From the IMG/VR virus record IMGVR_UViG_3300037605_000006, positions 1-26,039 of that record: a DNA stretch of 26,039 nt. One strand, written 5' to 3'. The position numbers and the translations under genes are program-made. Below the pieces are notes generated by a model. That model saw only the letters and a list, made by a program, of their open reading frames with translations, did no database searches and was not told the origin of the DNA. This document shows, one piece after another, positions 25,938 to 26,039 of the stretch. Position 1 is the stretch's first letter. Every line of letters starts with the position of its first letter. This DNA comes from a virus (Duplodnaviria > Caudoviricetes).

Positions 25938-26039
25938 ATGCGCCCCTTCTGCCTTTTACGGGCAAAACCACCGCAAGGGCCAGGCCGGCAACAAACCCGC
26001 CCAGGTGCGCCTCGTTGGCCATACGCCCGAGCCCGATCA
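25936..26039 (-). CDS. 3' end of a host rhomboid-family intramembrane serine protease (partial)
   Basis: Absent from the ORF track. The minus strand reads IGLGRMANEAHLGGFVAGLALAVVLPVKGRRGA*; AHLGG..AG is the rhomboid catalytic-His helix motif. Confidence 0.75.
   Translation of the reverse strand, partial: IGLGRMANEAHLGGFVAGLALAVVLPVKGRRGA

Noticed and set aside
25860-25940. tRNA or tmRNA 3' end as the integration target
   Set aside because: No GTTCGA T-loop with acceptor stem and CCA end was seen on either strand.

Overview
Nearly the whole window (1 to about 25,900) is the right-hand part of a P2-like (Peduoviridae, phiCTX-type layout) prophage. The + strand carries head completion L, tail X, a lysis cassette (two holin-like genes, a PG-binding/muramidase endolysin, overlapping spanins), R-S, V-W-J-I-H, an SGNH esterase where the fibre chaperone G normally sits, then FI-FII-E/E'(-1 frameshift)-T-U-D. 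A leftward three-gene operon follows: an S24-peptidase CI repressor, a 3-TM/TerB-like/WYL-like protein and a Zn-ribbon/TM protein. The rightward early operon holds three small RHH-like proteins, a tandem Ogr/Delta-like activator, a Zn-finger/Toprim/P-loop primase-helicase (no P2 gpA), KilAC, TraR/DksA, an EVE-like protein, hypotheticals and an AlpA/Xis-like gene. The prophage ends in a probable att region with arm-type repeats, a sequence resembling the 3' half of a PrrF-type sRNA and an intrinsic terminator. Beyond it lies the 3' end of a convergent host rhomboid protease gene. No integrase, capsid or terminase genes are in the window. All family calls rest on motif recognition and synteny; no searches were run.
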